From NCBI GenBank assembly GCA_030059665.1, contig JANVYR010000001.1:39203-103202 (forward strand): a stretch of 64,000 nt of DNA, in the 5' to 3' direction. Origin of the DNA: Candidatus Calditenuis fumarioli (lineage in GTDB: Archaea; Thermoproteota; Nitrososphaeria_A; Caldarchaeales; Calditenuaceae). Both the position numbers and the translations under genes were made by a program. Positions 9,533 to 19,392 of the stretch are shown piece by piece. Numbering within the stretch: position 1 is the stretch's first letter; each line of letters starts with the position of its first letter. Under the pieces are notes generated by a model. That model had not been told where the DNA came from, made no database searches, and was given only the letters and a program-made list of their open reading frames with translations.

Positions 9533-10656
9533 AACCCCTCAAGCTCCGTGATAGGTTTTTGTCAGCTGGCTCACATTACATTGACGTGGCAATCCGCATC
9601 CCCCTCAGGATCGAGCGGAGGCTCGAGGTCCCCGCCTCGGTCTCGCTCGCTATGACGGTCGTCTTCCTGGCCCTCGCGCTCCTCTTCGCGGCGTTCCTGA
9701 TGCAGGCGCTCGGCATCGACGCGATGAGCGTCCTCCACCAGATCGCCACCGTCTTCACCACGCGGGAGCTCCTCACCGCGGCGTTCCTCCGCTCAGTCCC
9801 GATCGGGCTGGCTGCCGTGGGCCTCACCGTCTCCTTCAGGGCCAACTTCTGGAACATAGGCGCCGAGGGGCAGATGTTCATGGGGATGTTCGCCTCCACG
9901 GGAATCGTGCTGCTGCACGCCTACTACGGCCTCATCCCAGGCTGGGCCCTCCTGCCGGCGATGGCCGCTGCCTCCTTCGTCGCCGGGGGCCTCTACTGTG
10001 CGCTTAGTGGGGTGCTGAGGTCGAAGCTCGGCGTCAACGAGGTCCTGACGACCCTGATGATGAACTTCATCGCCATCCTCTTCGTCGACTACCTGGTGTA
10101 CGGCCCCTGGAGGGACCCGAGGGGGTACGGCTTCCCGCTCTCGATACCGTTCCCTCCCGAGGCGAGGTTCGGTGGGCTGATGGGGGAGGCCTATGAGGGC
10201 CTGGCGCTGCTTGCGGTGCTCGCGGTTCTGACCCACCTGCTGATGACCCGCACCACCTTCGGCGTCGACGTCAAGGTCGTCGGCGAGAACCCCTACATCG
10301 CTGGGATCGCTGGCGTCCGAATCCCGAGGACCTACTTCCTCGTGAACCTGATCAGCGGCGGCCTCGCGGGCCTAGCGGGCTTCTTCCTGCTCTCGGGCAT
10401 CATCGGACGTCTGAGGCCCCGCGCCTCACCAGGGTACGGATACACCGCCATCATCATAGCCTTCCTCGCAGGCCTTCACCCGATCCTCGCGATCCCTGCG
10501 GCGGTCTTCATGGGCGGACTGATAGTTGCGGGCGACGTCCTTCAGGCGACGTTGAACCTGCCCTTCGCGGCCGTTCAGCTGCTCCAGTCCACGATCTTCG
10601 TGATGATCGTCGTGGCCGAGTTCGTCAAGCGGTACCGGATCATCTGGAGGTGGTGA
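9529..10656 (+). CDS. ABC transporter permease (BMP/nucleoside-simple-sugar family, YufP-like)
   Basis: 375 aa with a conserved NIGAEGQMFMGMF segment and multiple TM helices. The start is uncertain: it may be at the internal MTVVFLALALLF. Confidence 0.7.
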   Translation: MKPLKLRDRFLSAGSHYIDVAIRIPLRIERRLEVPASVSLAMTVVFLALALLFAAFLMQALGIDAMSVLHQIATVFTTRELLTAAFLRSVPIGLAAVGLTVSFRANFWNIGAEGQMFMGMFASTGIVLLHAYYGLIPGWALLPAMAAASFVAGGLYCALSGVLRSKLGVNEVLTTLMMNFIAILFVDYLVYGPWRDPRGYGFPLSIPFPPEARFGGLMGEAYEGLALLAVLAVLTHLLMTRTTFGVDVKVVGENPYIAGIAGVRIPRTYFLVNLISGGLAGLAGFFLLSGIIGRLRPRASPGYGYTAIIIAFLAGLHPILAIPAAVFMGGLIVAGDVLQATLNLPFAAVQLLQSTIFVMIVVAEFVKRYRIIWRW

Positions 10657-10659
10657 GGC

Positions 10660-11640
10660 GTGGTGGAGCTCTCCTGGATCGAGGGCGTACTGGCCCTGAC
10701 CGTCCAGTTCGGGACCGTTTACCTGCTCGCGTCGCTCGGCGAGATCTACGCCGAGAGGAGCGGTATCCTGAACCTGGGCATGGAGGGGATGATGATAGTG
10801 GGCGCGGCGATCGCCTTCGTCTTCACCAACGCGCTCGGCCACCTCCTGAGCCTCGTCTCGGTCGTCCTGATAGGCGCGCTGATGGGGCTGCTTCTGGCGT
10901 TCCTGGTGGTGACGCTCCGGCTCAACCAGGTCGTGGTCGGCCTGGCCCTTACGCTCTTCGGCTACGGTCTCAGCGGCCTGCTCACCCAGCCCGCGATAAG
11001 GGCGCGGATCATGAGGGCTCTTAACCCGGAGGTCCCGGAGGTGAGGATCGTCACGCAGCAGGCCGAGGCCCTCAGGGCCGTGAAGGTCCCCGTCCTCTCG
11101 GATATACCGGTTGTGGGGCCGGTCCTCTTCTCCCAGAACGCGCTGGTCTACTTCGCCCTAATCGCGGCCGTGGTCATGTGGTTCGTCCTCTTCAGGACCT
11201 CGATCGGTCTGGCCATCAGGTCCGTAGGAGAGAACCCCTCGATGGCCGACTCGTTGGGGATCAACGTCTTCAGGATCAGGTACGTCACCTCGGTGATCGC
11301 CGGCGTCATGGGAGCTCTCGCGGGCGCATACCTCTTCATCGGCTACCAGCCCTTCTGGGTCGAGATGATGACCAACGGCAGGGGGTTCATCGCGCTGGCC
11401 CTGGTGATCCTGGCCTCCTGGAGCCCCATCAGGGCGGTCTTCGGGTCCCTCCTCTTCGGGGGTGTGGAGGTGATCCAGTTCAGGCTTCAGCTCTTCGGCT
11501 TCGCGGCCCAGACGCCGCAGTTCGTGCTGATGCTTCCGTACGTCGTCGCGATAGTGACCCTGACCGTCCTCTCCGTCGAGAGCGTGAGGAAAAGGCTGGG
11601 CGTCCCCGAGGCGCTCGGAAAGCCGTACTATCGCGAGTGA
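10660..11640 (+). CDS. ABC transporter permease (BMP family, YufQ-like)
   Basis: 326 aa with LNLGMEGMMIVGAAIAFVF; it is the second permease of the pair. GTG start. Confidence 0.75.
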   Translation: MVELSWIEGVLALTVQFGTVYLLASLGEIYAERSGILNLGMEGMMIVGAAIAFVFTNALGHLLSLVSVVLIGALMGLLLAFLVVTLRLNQVVVGLALTLFGYGLSGLLTQPAIRARIMRALNPEVPEVRIVTQQAEALRAVKVPVLSDIPVVGPVLFSQNALVYFALIAAVVMWFVLFRTSIGLAIRSVGENPSMADSLGINVFRIRYVTSVIAGVMGALAGAYLFIGYQPFWVEMMTNGRGFIALALVILASWSPIRAVFGSLLFGGVEVIQFRLQLFGFAAQTPQFVLMLPYVVAIVTLTVLSVESVRKRLGVPEALGKPYYRE

Positions 11641-11691
11641 CGTCGGGGGAAGAGCGGAAACGGAAAAATGGGCAACAACAGACCGGAAGCC

Positions 11692-13113
11692 TCACCCTCG
11701 AGGCAGCTCGCTCAGGATGTACTCAACGAACCAGTCCATCTCCCACAGCGCGTCCCTGTCCAGCCTGCCACCCTCCCTCCTCTCGCCGCTGCGCTTGCTG
11801 ACGACGTAGGTCTTGCCGTCGACCATCACCTCTCCGGACTGGTCCCTTATCGGCTCCCCGAGGTTGCCCTCCGGTGAGAAGGGCTCGAAGATCAGCTCCT
11901 TCATCTGCTCGTACCTCCGCTTGATCTCGGCCTGCCACTCGCTCGGGATCGCCGGGTTAAGGGGAGCGAGGTAGACCGTTCCCTCGGGCTGGCCAGCGGT
12001 GCTCTTGTCGACCGGCCTCCTCCACCTGTAGGGCACGTAGTCGCCGATCCTCGTCCAGATGTCAACTGACTGCCAGGTGTTGGTGGCCACCATCCTGTAG
12101 AACTCGAGATAGAGTGGGCCCCAGTTGACCACCTGGCCTGTCAGGTGCGCGTTCGGGCCGTACTGCCTCATGTCGCTGTAGTGGCTGAAGCTCCAGACCC
12201 TCTTCCCCTTCTGGGTCGTGTACTCCTCTGCGACCTGGAGGACCGTCGGGCTGTCCTCCGTGTAGGCTAGCACGTCAGCGTTCTTCTCCTCGATCAGCGA
12301 TATTGCCCCGGTCCTAGCCTTCGCTGGATCGAACCACGAGAAGAGCCAGACGACGTACGCCTTGATGTTCTTCCCGGTCCTCTTCTTGTAAGCGTAGTTG
12401 GCCCCGAGGACGAAGGCGTTGATGTGCCTCACCACCTCTGGTATCGGGTGTGCTGCGACGTATCCCACCACACCTGTCTGGGTGACGGCTCCTGCGGCGA
12501 GGCCGTTGAGGTAGTAAAGCTGGTAGAACTCCGCGAAGGCCGAGCTCATGTTGTTCGGCGCGTTCCCCGCGGCACCGCTCCTGTAACCCGATATGTGGAC
12601 GAAGTAGCGATCTGGATACTTCGCCGCCATCTCGGCCGTCGGGTCCATGTAGCCGAAGCTGGTTGTGATGATCAGCTTCGCGTTCTCCTTGGTGATGAGC
12701 GACTCGATCGCGCTGGCCGCCTGAGGCTCGGGAACGCTCTCGATGTACGCGGACTTGGCTGCTGGGAACCTCTGGTCAGCCCACTTCCTGCCCTGATCGT
12801 GGGCGTGGCTCCAGCCGTAATCGCCGACGGGCCCCACGTAGATGTAGCCGACCTTCAGCTCCGTGACCTGCGGCGCCGTGACCGTTCTCTCGACAGTGGC
12901 GGTCCTCTGCACCGTTACGGTCCTCTCGGCCGCTGCCTGCGTAACCGTGGTTGTGACTGCCCTCGGAGGGGCTGCCGACTGGCCGGCGAGGTAGCCAGCT
13001 ATGCCGCCTATGACTCCGGCGGCCACGATACCTCCGACCGCGGCACCCGTTGAGACGCCGAGGAACTCCCTCCTGGTGATCCTCCTCCGGTCCGTACCGG
13101 ATTTTTCCGTCAT
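11692..13113 (-). CDS. BMP-family (PnrA/Med-like) ABC transporter substrate-binding lipoprotein with a twin-arginine signal
   Basis: 473 aa. The N-terminus DRRRITRREFLGVSTGAAVGG is a Tat motif, followed by a TVT-rich linker and then a BMP-family binding domain (GYIYVGPVGDYGWSHAHD). It is convergent with the two permeases. Confidence 0.8.
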   Translation of the reverse strand: MTEKSGTDRRRITRREFLGVSTGAAVGGIVAAGVIGGIAGYLAGQSAAPPRAVTTTVTQAAAERTVTVQRTATVERTVTAPQVTELKVGYIYVGPVGDYGWSHAHDQGRKWADQRFPAAKSAYIESVPEPQAASAIESLITKENAKLIITTSFGYMDPTAEMAAKYPDRYFVHISGYRSGAAGNAPNNMSSAFAEFYQLYYLNGLAAGAVTQTGVVGYVAAHPIPEVVRHINAFVLGANYAYKKRTGKNIKAYVVWLFSWFDPAKARTGAISLIEEKNADVLAYTEDSPTVLQVAEEYTTQKGKRVWSFSHYSDMRQYGPNAHLTGQVVNWGPLYLEFYRMVATNTWQSVDIWTRIGDYVPYRWRRPVDKSTAGQPEGTVYLAPLNPAIPSEWQAEIKRRYEQMKELIFEPFSPEGNLGEPIRDQSGEVMVDGKTYVVSKRSGERREGGRLDRDALWEMDWFVEYILSELPRG

Positions 13114-13234
13114 AGCGCAATTACACGTTCACCGCGGTGGATAAAGGTATTGGACACGTCATTACACAGGTTTATGCAAATGCGCTCCGTTCCTGTAAAA
13201 ATTGGGGCGCGGAGCGCGGCGATGACCCGACCGG

Positions 13235-14662
13235 TCAGTAGGCTCTCCCGAAGTAGGCGGTGACCCTCGCCTCTCCGCCGCAGTAGATGCATTTCGAGAG
13301 GATCGGCTCCGGCTCGAAGGGTATGACCCTGACGGTGGCGCCCGTGAGCTCCTTGATCGCGGCCTCGCACTCCCTCGATCCGCAGTAGGACGCCTTGATG
13401 AAGCCGCCCTTCTCCTCGAGGGCCCTTGAGAACTCCTCGAGCGACCTGACCTCGGTTATGTGCTCGAGCAGGAACTTCTTGGCAGCCTCGTAAAGGGACC
13501 GCTGTATCTCGGCCAAGAGGCTCCGCACGGCGTCGACCAGCTCCCCATCGCCAACGGTCACCCGCGTCAGCGTGTCCCTTCTTGCCAGCGTCACCCTACC
13601 GCCCTCGACCTCCTTGGGCCCGATCTCGGCCCTCAGCGGCACGCCCTTCAGCTCCCACTCGTTGAACTTCCACCCCGGAGTGTACTCGGTCCTGTCGTCG
13701 AGGTGGACCCTGATGCCTGCCTCCGAGAGCCGGCGCACGACCTCCCTGCACTTCTCGATCACCGCGGCCCTCTCCTCGTCCCGGTAATGTATCGGGATCA
13801 CCACGACCTGGATCGGAGCTATCTCCGGCGGCAGCCTGAGGCCCCGGTCGTCTCCGTGGACCATGATCACGGCCCCTATGACGCGCCAAGAGAGGCCCCA
13901 CGAGGTGCTCCACGCGTAGTGCATCTGTCCGTCCGGCCCCAGGTACCTGACCTCGAAGGGGACGGTGAAGTTCTGGCCGAGGTTGTGGGACGTGGCCATC
14001 TGGAGGACCTTGCCGTCGGGCATCACAGCCTCGAGCGTCGTCGTGTAAACCGCCCCCACGAACTTCTCCAGCTCCGACTTGTACCCCGCGAGGACCGGTA
14101 TCGCCAGCTTCTCCTCCACGACCTCCCTGTAGACGTTCAGCATCCTCATCACCTCCTGCTCCGCCTCCTCCTTCGTCGCGTGGATCGTGTGACCCTCCTG
14201 CCAAAGGAACTCGGAGGTGCGGATGAAGGGCTTGGTGGACTTGATCTCGGCCCTGAGAGCGGAGTTCCAGAAGTTCACCAGTACCGGGAGCTCCCTCCAA
14301 CTCTTTATCGAGGCTCCGAAGGTGGCGTAGAAGAGCGTCTCAGAAGTGGGCCTCACCGCAAGCCTCTCTCCCAGCGGGTCGTCGCCCGAATGGGTGACCC
14401 AGAAGACCTCGGGCGTGAAGCCCTTGAAGTGCTCCGCCTCCTTCCTCAATAGCGATTCGGGTATCAGCACCGGCAGGAACGCGTTCCTGTGGCCCGTCTC
14501 CCTGAACCTCCTGTCCAGGTGGGACCTGATCAGCTCCCAGATCTCGTACCCGTAGGGGAGCAGGTATATCGTCCCCTTCACCGGCGCGTACCCCGCCAGC
14601 CCCGCCTCCTCGACCACCTCCAGGTACCACTCCGAGAAGTTCTCGGACTTCTTGTGCTTCAT
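13235..14662 (-). CDS. proS: Proline--tRNA ligase (archaeal/eukaryotic type)
   Basis: 475 aa. Class II aaRS motifs, an anticodon-binding domain, and a C-terminal zinc-binding CGSRECE...CIYCG region typical of archaeal ProRS. Confidence 0.9.
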   Translation of the reverse strand: MKHKKSENFSEWYLEVVEEAGLAGYAPVKGTIYLLPYGYEIWELIRSHLDRRFRETGHRNAFLPVLIPESLLRKEAEHFKGFTPEVFWVTHSGDDPLGERLAVRPTSETLFYATFGASIKSWRELPVLVNFWNSALRAEIKSTKPFIRTSEFLWQEGHTIHATKEEAEQEVMRMLNVYREVVEEKLAIPVLAGYKSELEKFVGAVYTTTLEAVMPDGKVLQMATSHNLGQNFTVPFEVRYLGPDGQMHYAWSTSWGLSWRVIGAVIMVHGDDRGLRLPPEIAPIQVVVIPIHYRDEERAAVIEKCREVVRRLSEAGIRVHLDDRTEYTPGWKFNEWELKGVPLRAEIGPKEVEGGRVTLARRDTLTRVTVGDGELVDAVRSLLAEIQRSLYEAAKKFLLEHITEVRSLEEFSRALEEKGGFIKASYCGSRECEAAIKELTGATVRVIPFEPEPILSKCIYCGGEARVTAYFGRAY

Positions 14663-14775
14663 CGCGCCCTGCAGGTCTCCCCCAGCTCGTCTTATGACCT
14701 TAGCGCGCTCCTTCCCGCAGGAGGACCGGAAGGGAACCGTATATCTCGTGGTTAGGCGATATCACGTCGGAAGCC

Positions 14776-15108
14776 ATGGGGAAGAGGAAGATCATCTCCG
14801 AGCCGAAGGAGCTGGAGCAGATGCCAGAGCTGGGACCGGGAGACGTCTACGGCGTGGTGGTGAAGCTCGTGGGATACGACAACGCGCTGGTCGAGTGCTC
14901 CGACGGGAAGCAGCGCCTCTGCCGGATCCGGGGCCAGCTGAAGCGGAAGATCTGGATAAAGGAGGGAGACCTGGTGGCGGTCAGCCCCTGGGACTTCCAG
15001 AGCGACAAGCGGGGCGACATATGGTGGAGGTTCACCAAAAACCAGGCGCTGGAGCTGGCACAGAAGGGAGTTCTGCCGGACTTCCTCAGGGCGAAGATCG
15101 AGGGCTGA
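14776..15108 (+). CDS. eif1a: Translation initiation factor aIF-1A
   Basis: 110 aa. An S1-like OB fold with VYGVVVKLVGYDNALVECSDGKQRLCRIRGQLKRKIWIKEGDLV, the classic eIF1A signature. Confidence 0.9.
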   Translation: MGKRKIISEPKELEQMPELGPGDVYGVVVKLVGYDNALVECSDGKQRLCRIRGQLKRKIWIKEGDLVAVSPWDFQSDKRGDIWWRFTKNQALELAQKGVLPDFLRAKIEG

Positions 15109-15171
15109 GCTCACCTCACCGGAACCGATTTAACGGACAAGCCTATTATCGGGATTTGGGAACATCGCGGT

Positions 15172-15786
15172 ATGGGCAGGGAGGTCTCGCTCGGGAAGGA
15201 ACGCTTCCTCCTCCTGGACTGGGACGACATCGTCTCGGGGGTCGAGGAGCTGGCCAGCAAGATCGCGTCATCGGGTTTCAGGCCCGAGGTGATCGTGGGG
15301 ATCCTGAGGGGAGGGCTCTTCGTGGCCAACCTGCTGTCCGACGTGATGGACGTTGAGGACGTGATACCGCTGGGGATCCGGAGCTACGTCGGCGTCAAGT
15401 CCAGAGGCACGCCGGTTGTCTACCACAGGCCCTCCCTCGAGGAGCTCACCGGAAAGAGGGTGCTGCTGGTGGACGACGTCTCTGACGAGGGGAAGACTTT
15501 GATGACGGCCCACTCCCTCATCCGGAGTTCATCTGACCCGGCCGAGCTGAAGACCTCGGTCCTCCACATCAAGCCCTGGACGAAGTTCGTCCCCGACTAC
15601 TACGTCCTCATGACCTCCCACTGGATCCTCTATCCGTGGAGCAGGTACGAGAGCGCGAGGCTCCTCTGGCGTCAGATGTCCCCGCACGTCCCCGGCGAGG
15701 ACCTCCTCCCTCAGCTCTCATCGCTGCTCGGGCTGGACGAGGAGAAGATACGGAGGGTGATTCTGGGGGCACAGCAGCCCGGCTGA
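15172..15786 (+). CDS. Phosphoribosyltransferase (purine PRTase-like)
   Basis: 204 aa with the PRPP-binding motif VLLVDDVSDEGKTL (type I PRTase). Confidence 0.75.
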   Translation: MGREVSLGKERFLLLDWDDIVSGVEELASKIASSGFRPEVIVGILRGGLFVANLLSDVMDVEDVIPLGIRSYVGVKSRGTPVVYHRPSLEELTGKRVLLVDDVSDEGKTLMTAHSLIRSSSDPAELKTSVLHIKPWTKFVPDYYVLMTSHWILYPWSRYESARLLWRQMSPHVPGEDLLPQLSSLLGLDEEKIRRVILGAQQPG

Positions 15787-15849
15787 CCTGCGTCACTTAG
15801 GAACAGATGGTTAAATGGCCCATTAGGTCTGACGGGTGACGGACAGGAA

Positions 15850-17175
15850 ATGCCGAAGGTCTACGTCGAGAGCTACGGATGCGCGGCGAACCTCCACGAC
15901 ACCGAGATCATGAAGGCCCTCCTCGCGAGGGCCGGGTACGAGGAGGCGTCGTCGCCGGAGCAGGCAGACCTCCTCCTGATCAACACCTGCACGGTCAAGA
16001 CGCCCACCGCCAACCGGATGGTCCACAGGATCGCGACGCTCTCCGGATACGGGAAGCCGCTGATCGTTGCGGGGTGCTTCGCCAAGGCGCAGCCGGAGCT
16101 TGTCGAGCGGATCAACCCGAGGGCGTCCCTGCTGGGTCCAGACGCGGTGGACGAGGTCGTCCGTGTGGCAGAAATCGCGCTCTCCGGCGGAAGGGCGTCC
16201 GTTCTCGACGGTAGGCGTGCCGAGAAGACCCTCCTGCCCAGCGTGAGGACGAACCCCGTGGTCGAGATCGTCGAGGTCTCAAGCGGCTGCCTCTCCTCCT
16301 GCACCTTCTGCCAGACGAAGCTCGCCCGCGGCACGCTCTTCAGCTACAGGCCTGCTACCATCCGGGAGAGGGTCAGGGCAGCGGTCGCGGAGGGGGTGAA
16401 GGAGATCTGGCTGACCTCACAGGACATGTCGGCCTACGGAAGGGACATCGGCACGAACCTCGCTGAGCTGCTGAGGAGCATCACGTGCAACGTCCAGGGC
16501 GACTACCGGATCAGGGTCGGGATGATGAACCCGCTACACTTCAGGAAGCTCGAGCTGCAGGAGCTGATCGAGGCGTACCTCGACGTCCACGTCTTCAAGT
16601 TCCTCCACCTCTGCGTCCAGTCTGGAAGCGACAAGGTCCTCAGGGACATGAGGAGGGGATACACCGTCGCGGACTTCGAGGAGTACGTCTCCGCTTTCAG
16701 GTCAGCCATCCCGGACATGACGTTGATGACCGACGTCATAGTGGGCTACCCGACAGAGGAAGAGGAGGACTTCGAGATGACGCTGAGGCTACTCGAGAGG
16801 ACGAGGCCGGACTTCGTCAACATCTCCCGTTTCTTCCCCAGGCCCAAGACCGAGGCGGCCAAGCTCAGGCAGCTTCGGCCTGAGGTGGTCAACAGGAGGA
16901 GCAGAGAGATCACGGAGCTCTGCGAGGAGATCGCGCTCCGTAACATGTCCAAGTGGATCGGGTGGAGCGGGCCGGTTCTGATCGACGAGGTGGGCCAGAA
17001 GGGCGAGGTCATCGGAAGGACGGACCACTACAGGCCCGTCGTGATCAGGTCGCCCGACGCCAGATCTCTTTTCGGAAGGTGGGTGGAGGTGGTGGTGGAG
17101 GAGGCGAGGCCCTACTGCCTGATCGGCCGCCCGATATCCAGGGAAGTGGATCTGGCGCAGGCTCAGGCGACGTAG
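15850..17175 (+). CDS. tRNA methylthiotransferase, MiaB/MtaB (CDKAL1-like) radical-SAM family
   Basis: 441 aa. An N-terminal MTTase domain with three Cys (YGCAAN...NTCTVK...AGC), a radical-SAM CxxxCxxC site (SSGCLSSCTFCQ), and a C-terminal TRAM-like domain. Confidence 0.85.
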   Translation: MPKVYVESYGCAANLHDTEIMKALLARAGYEEASSPEQADLLLINTCTVKTPTANRMVHRIATLSGYGKPLIVAGCFAKAQPELVERINPRASLLGPDAVDEVVRVAEIALSGGRASVLDGRRAEKTLLPSVRTNPVVEIVEVSSGCLSSCTFCQTKLARGTLFSYRPATIRERVRAAVAEGVKEIWLTSQDMSAYGRDIGTNLAELLRSITCNVQGDYRIRVGMMNPLHFRKLELQELIEAYLDVHVFKFLHLCVQSGSDKVLRDMRRGYTVADFEEYVSAFRSAIPDMTLMTDVIVGYPTEEEEDFEMTLRLLERTRPDFVNISRFFPRPKTEAAKLRQLRPEVVNRRSREITELCEEIALRNMSKWIGWSGPVLIDEVGQKGEVIGRTDHYRPVVIRSPDARSLFGRWVEVVVEEARPYCLIGRPISREVDLAQAQAT

Positions 17176-17654
17176 GTCAGGTTCTCGTCGTCGAAGTCCC
17201 TCACCAGGACCGGCTCTCCTTCACCGATCTGGTGGGAAGCCTCCATCAGCCTCCTCACGGTCATCTCGTCGAGCGGCCTGAGAGCGGCCTCGTAGGCGGG
17301 ATGGTCCTCCCCGAAGACCTCCCTGGTCAGCTCGGCCACAAGCCTCCTGACCTCCTGCTCGTCGAGGAACCCCAGCGAGTGCAGGTACTCGTGGAGTAGA
17401 ACCGTAAAGAGGTACGAGTTCAGCCGGACCCTCGGGAGGCCGGAGGAGAGCAGCGCGCCCAGCACCCTCCTGTTGACGACGATGAAGTTGGTGCCGACTC
17501 CGTGGAAGGCCAGGACGTAGGCCGGAGCGTCCGCGAGGACCAGCATCAGGCCAGCCCTCCTCAGGCCCAGCTTCTCCTCGACCACGCGCTTCACCAACCT
17601 GAACACCTCCTTGAAGGAGCCTGCCGCCTCGAGCTCCTCCCGGACCTTCTCCAT
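17163..17654 (-). CDS. Hypothetical small protein with an HExxH motif (putative metal-dependent hydrolase/peptidase)
   Basis: 163 aa from the internal M (MEKVREELEAAG...). It contains LLHEYLHSLGFLDEQE. The longer track ORF (to 18338) is an antisense extension across pdxT and is rejected. Confidence 0.5.
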   Translation of the reverse strand: MEKVREELEAAGSFKEVFRLVKRVVEEKLGLRRAGLMLVLADAPAYVLAFHGVGTNFIVVNRRVLGALLSSGLPRVRLNSYLFTVLLHEYLHSLGFLDEQEVRRLVAELTREVFGEDHPAYEAALRPLDEMTVRRLMEASHQIGEGEPVLVRDFDDENLTYVA

Positions 17655-17762
17655 CCCTCCCTCCACCGACCGGCCGCCGAATAAGGGTGCCACCTCTACG
17701 CGGTCGACGGGCCGCACGGATAAGCATAATACCGGAGGAGGTCCGGCCGTTACTGGAGCGGC

Positions 17763-18380
17763 ATGGTCCGGATCGGCGTCACGACCTTCCAGGGCGACGT
17801 GGAGGAGCACCTGGCGGCCACGAGGGAGGCGCTTCGGAGGCTTGGGGTACCCGGAGAGGTGGTGACGGTCAAGCTGCCGGAGGAGGTGGAGGGCCTCGAC
17901 GCCCTGATCATACCCGGAGGCGAGAGCACCGTGATGGGGAGGCTCGCCCAGAGGACGGGTGCGCTGGACGCCATCAGGAGGAGGGTGCTGGAGGGGATGC
18001 CTGTGCTGGGGACGTGCGCGGGGCTCATCTTCCTCGCCAAGCGCGTCTACGACCGCGTCGTCGGCGAGACGGGCCAACCTCTTCTTGGGGTTCTGGACGT
18101 CCTCGTCGAGAGGAACGCCTACGGCAGGCAGCGCGAGTCCTTCGAGGTCGAGCTGGACATACCCGCTCTCGGAGCAAGGGGGTTCAGGGCCGTCTTCATC
18201 AGGGCCCCGTCGATCCTCGAGGTGGGGGAGGGCGTCGAGGTCCTCGCCAGCTACGGCAATAGGCCGGTCGCGGTGCGGCAGGAGGCCGTCTACGGGACCA
18301 CCTTCCACCCCGAGCTCTCGGGGAGCACCGCCTTCCACGAGGCGCTGGTGAGGGAGGCGGTCAGGTTCTCGCGGCGCTGA
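17763..18380 (+). CDS. pdxT: Pyridoxal 5'-phosphate synthase glutaminase subunit PdxT
   Basis: 205 aa, class I glutamine amidotransferase, SNO/PdxT family (GTCAGLIFLAK catalytic Cys; ...TTFHPE). Confidence 0.85.
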   Translation: MVRIGVTTFQGDVEEHLAATREALRRLGVPGEVVTVKLPEEVEGLDALIIPGGESTVMGRLAQRTGALDAIRRRVLEGMPVLGTCAGLIFLAKRVYDRVVGETGQPLLGVLDVLVERNAYGRQRESFEVELDIPALGARGFRAVFIRAPSILEVGEGVEVLASYGNRPVAVRQEAVYGTTFHPELSGSTAFHEALVREAVRFSRR

Positions 18381-18435
18381 AGGAGGCCTTTCGTCCCATC
18401 AAAATGATATTAGCAGGACGGAGACCTCTGGAGCG

Positions 18436-19386
18436 ATGAGGTTCGTCAGGGACGACGAGGTGGCCTCGGCCATACCGATGAGGGAGGTGATCGATGCGGT
18501 GGAGAGGGGGTTCGCGCTCTACAGCCTCAGGCGCGTCAGGATGCCACAGCGCGTCAGGACCGACGTCCCCGAGCACAACGGCGCGATCCTGCTGATGCCG
18601 TGCCTCGTCCCTGAGCTGGAGGTCTACAGCGTCAAGTACGTCACCGTCTATCCCGATAACCCCTCGAGGGGCCTGCCCACGATCTTCGCGGCGCTTCTCA
18701 TCTCCGATCCCAGGACCGGTGAGCCCAAGGTGCTCGCGGAGGCCAGGGCGGCCACGGGGCTCAGGACCGGTGCGGCGACTGCGGTCTCGATCAAGCACCT
18801 CGCCAGGAGGGACGCGGAGAACCTCGGCATCATCGGTTGCGGGTACCAGGCCAGGTGGCAGCTGAGGGCTGCGGCGGAGGTGATGCGCTGCAGCGCGGTG
18901 AGGGCGTACGACGTCGTGAGGCAGAGGGCCGAGGAGCTGGCCTCCGAGGCCTCGAGGGAGCTGGGGCTCGAGGTCAGGGTTTCGGATACGGCGGAGGAGG
19001 TCGTCAGGAGAAGTGACGTGGTGATCACCGCGACCACCTCGAGGACGCCCTTCGTGAAGAAGCAGTGGGTCAGGCCTGGTACGCACTTCTCCGCGATAGG
19101 CGCCTTCACTCCGGACATGGCCGAGCTCGAGGCGGAGCTGGTCGCATCGTCGAAGGTCTACGTCGACTCGCTCGAGGCCGCTAAGGAGGAGGCGGGGGAC
19201 ATCATCCAGGCGGTCGCCAAGGGGCTAATGCGGTGGGAGGACGTCAGGGCCGAGATAGGCGAGGTCGTCGCGGGCCTGAAGAAAGGGAGGGAGAACGACG
19301 AGGAGGTGACGGTCTTCAAGAGCGTGGGGATCGCCGTGCAGGACGCCGCTGTGGCCGCGCTCATCCTCCGGCACCTAGGGGAGTGA
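18436..19386 (+). CDS. Ornithine cyclodeaminase / mu-crystallin family protein (paralog 2); possibly alanine dehydrogenase-like, as in Archaeoglobus
   Basis: 316 aa. A Rossmann GIIGCGYQARWQLRAA motif and overall OCD-family similarity. Confidence 0.8.
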   Translation: MRFVRDDEVASAIPMREVIDAVERGFALYSLRRVRMPQRVRTDVPEHNGAILLMPCLVPELEVYSVKYVTVYPDNPSRGLPTIFAALLISDPRTGEPKVLAEARAATGLRTGAATAVSIKHLARRDAENLGIIGCGYQARWQLRAAAEVMRCSAVRAYDVVRQRAEELASEASRELGLEVRVSDTAEEVVRRSDVVITATTSRTPFVKKQWVRPGTHFSAIGAFTPDMAELEAELVASSKVYVDSLEAAKEEAGDIIQAVAKGLMRWEDVRAEIGEVVAGLKKGRENDEEVTVFKSVGIAVQDAAVAALILRHLGE

Positions 19387-19392
19387 CCCTTC

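Noticed and set aside
13460-14452. 330-aa plus-strand ORF
   Set aside because: Antisense to proS.
17655-18338. N-terminal 228 codons of track ORF 17163..18338
   Set aside because: It runs antisense through pdxT. The convincing protein starts at the internal Met at 17654.
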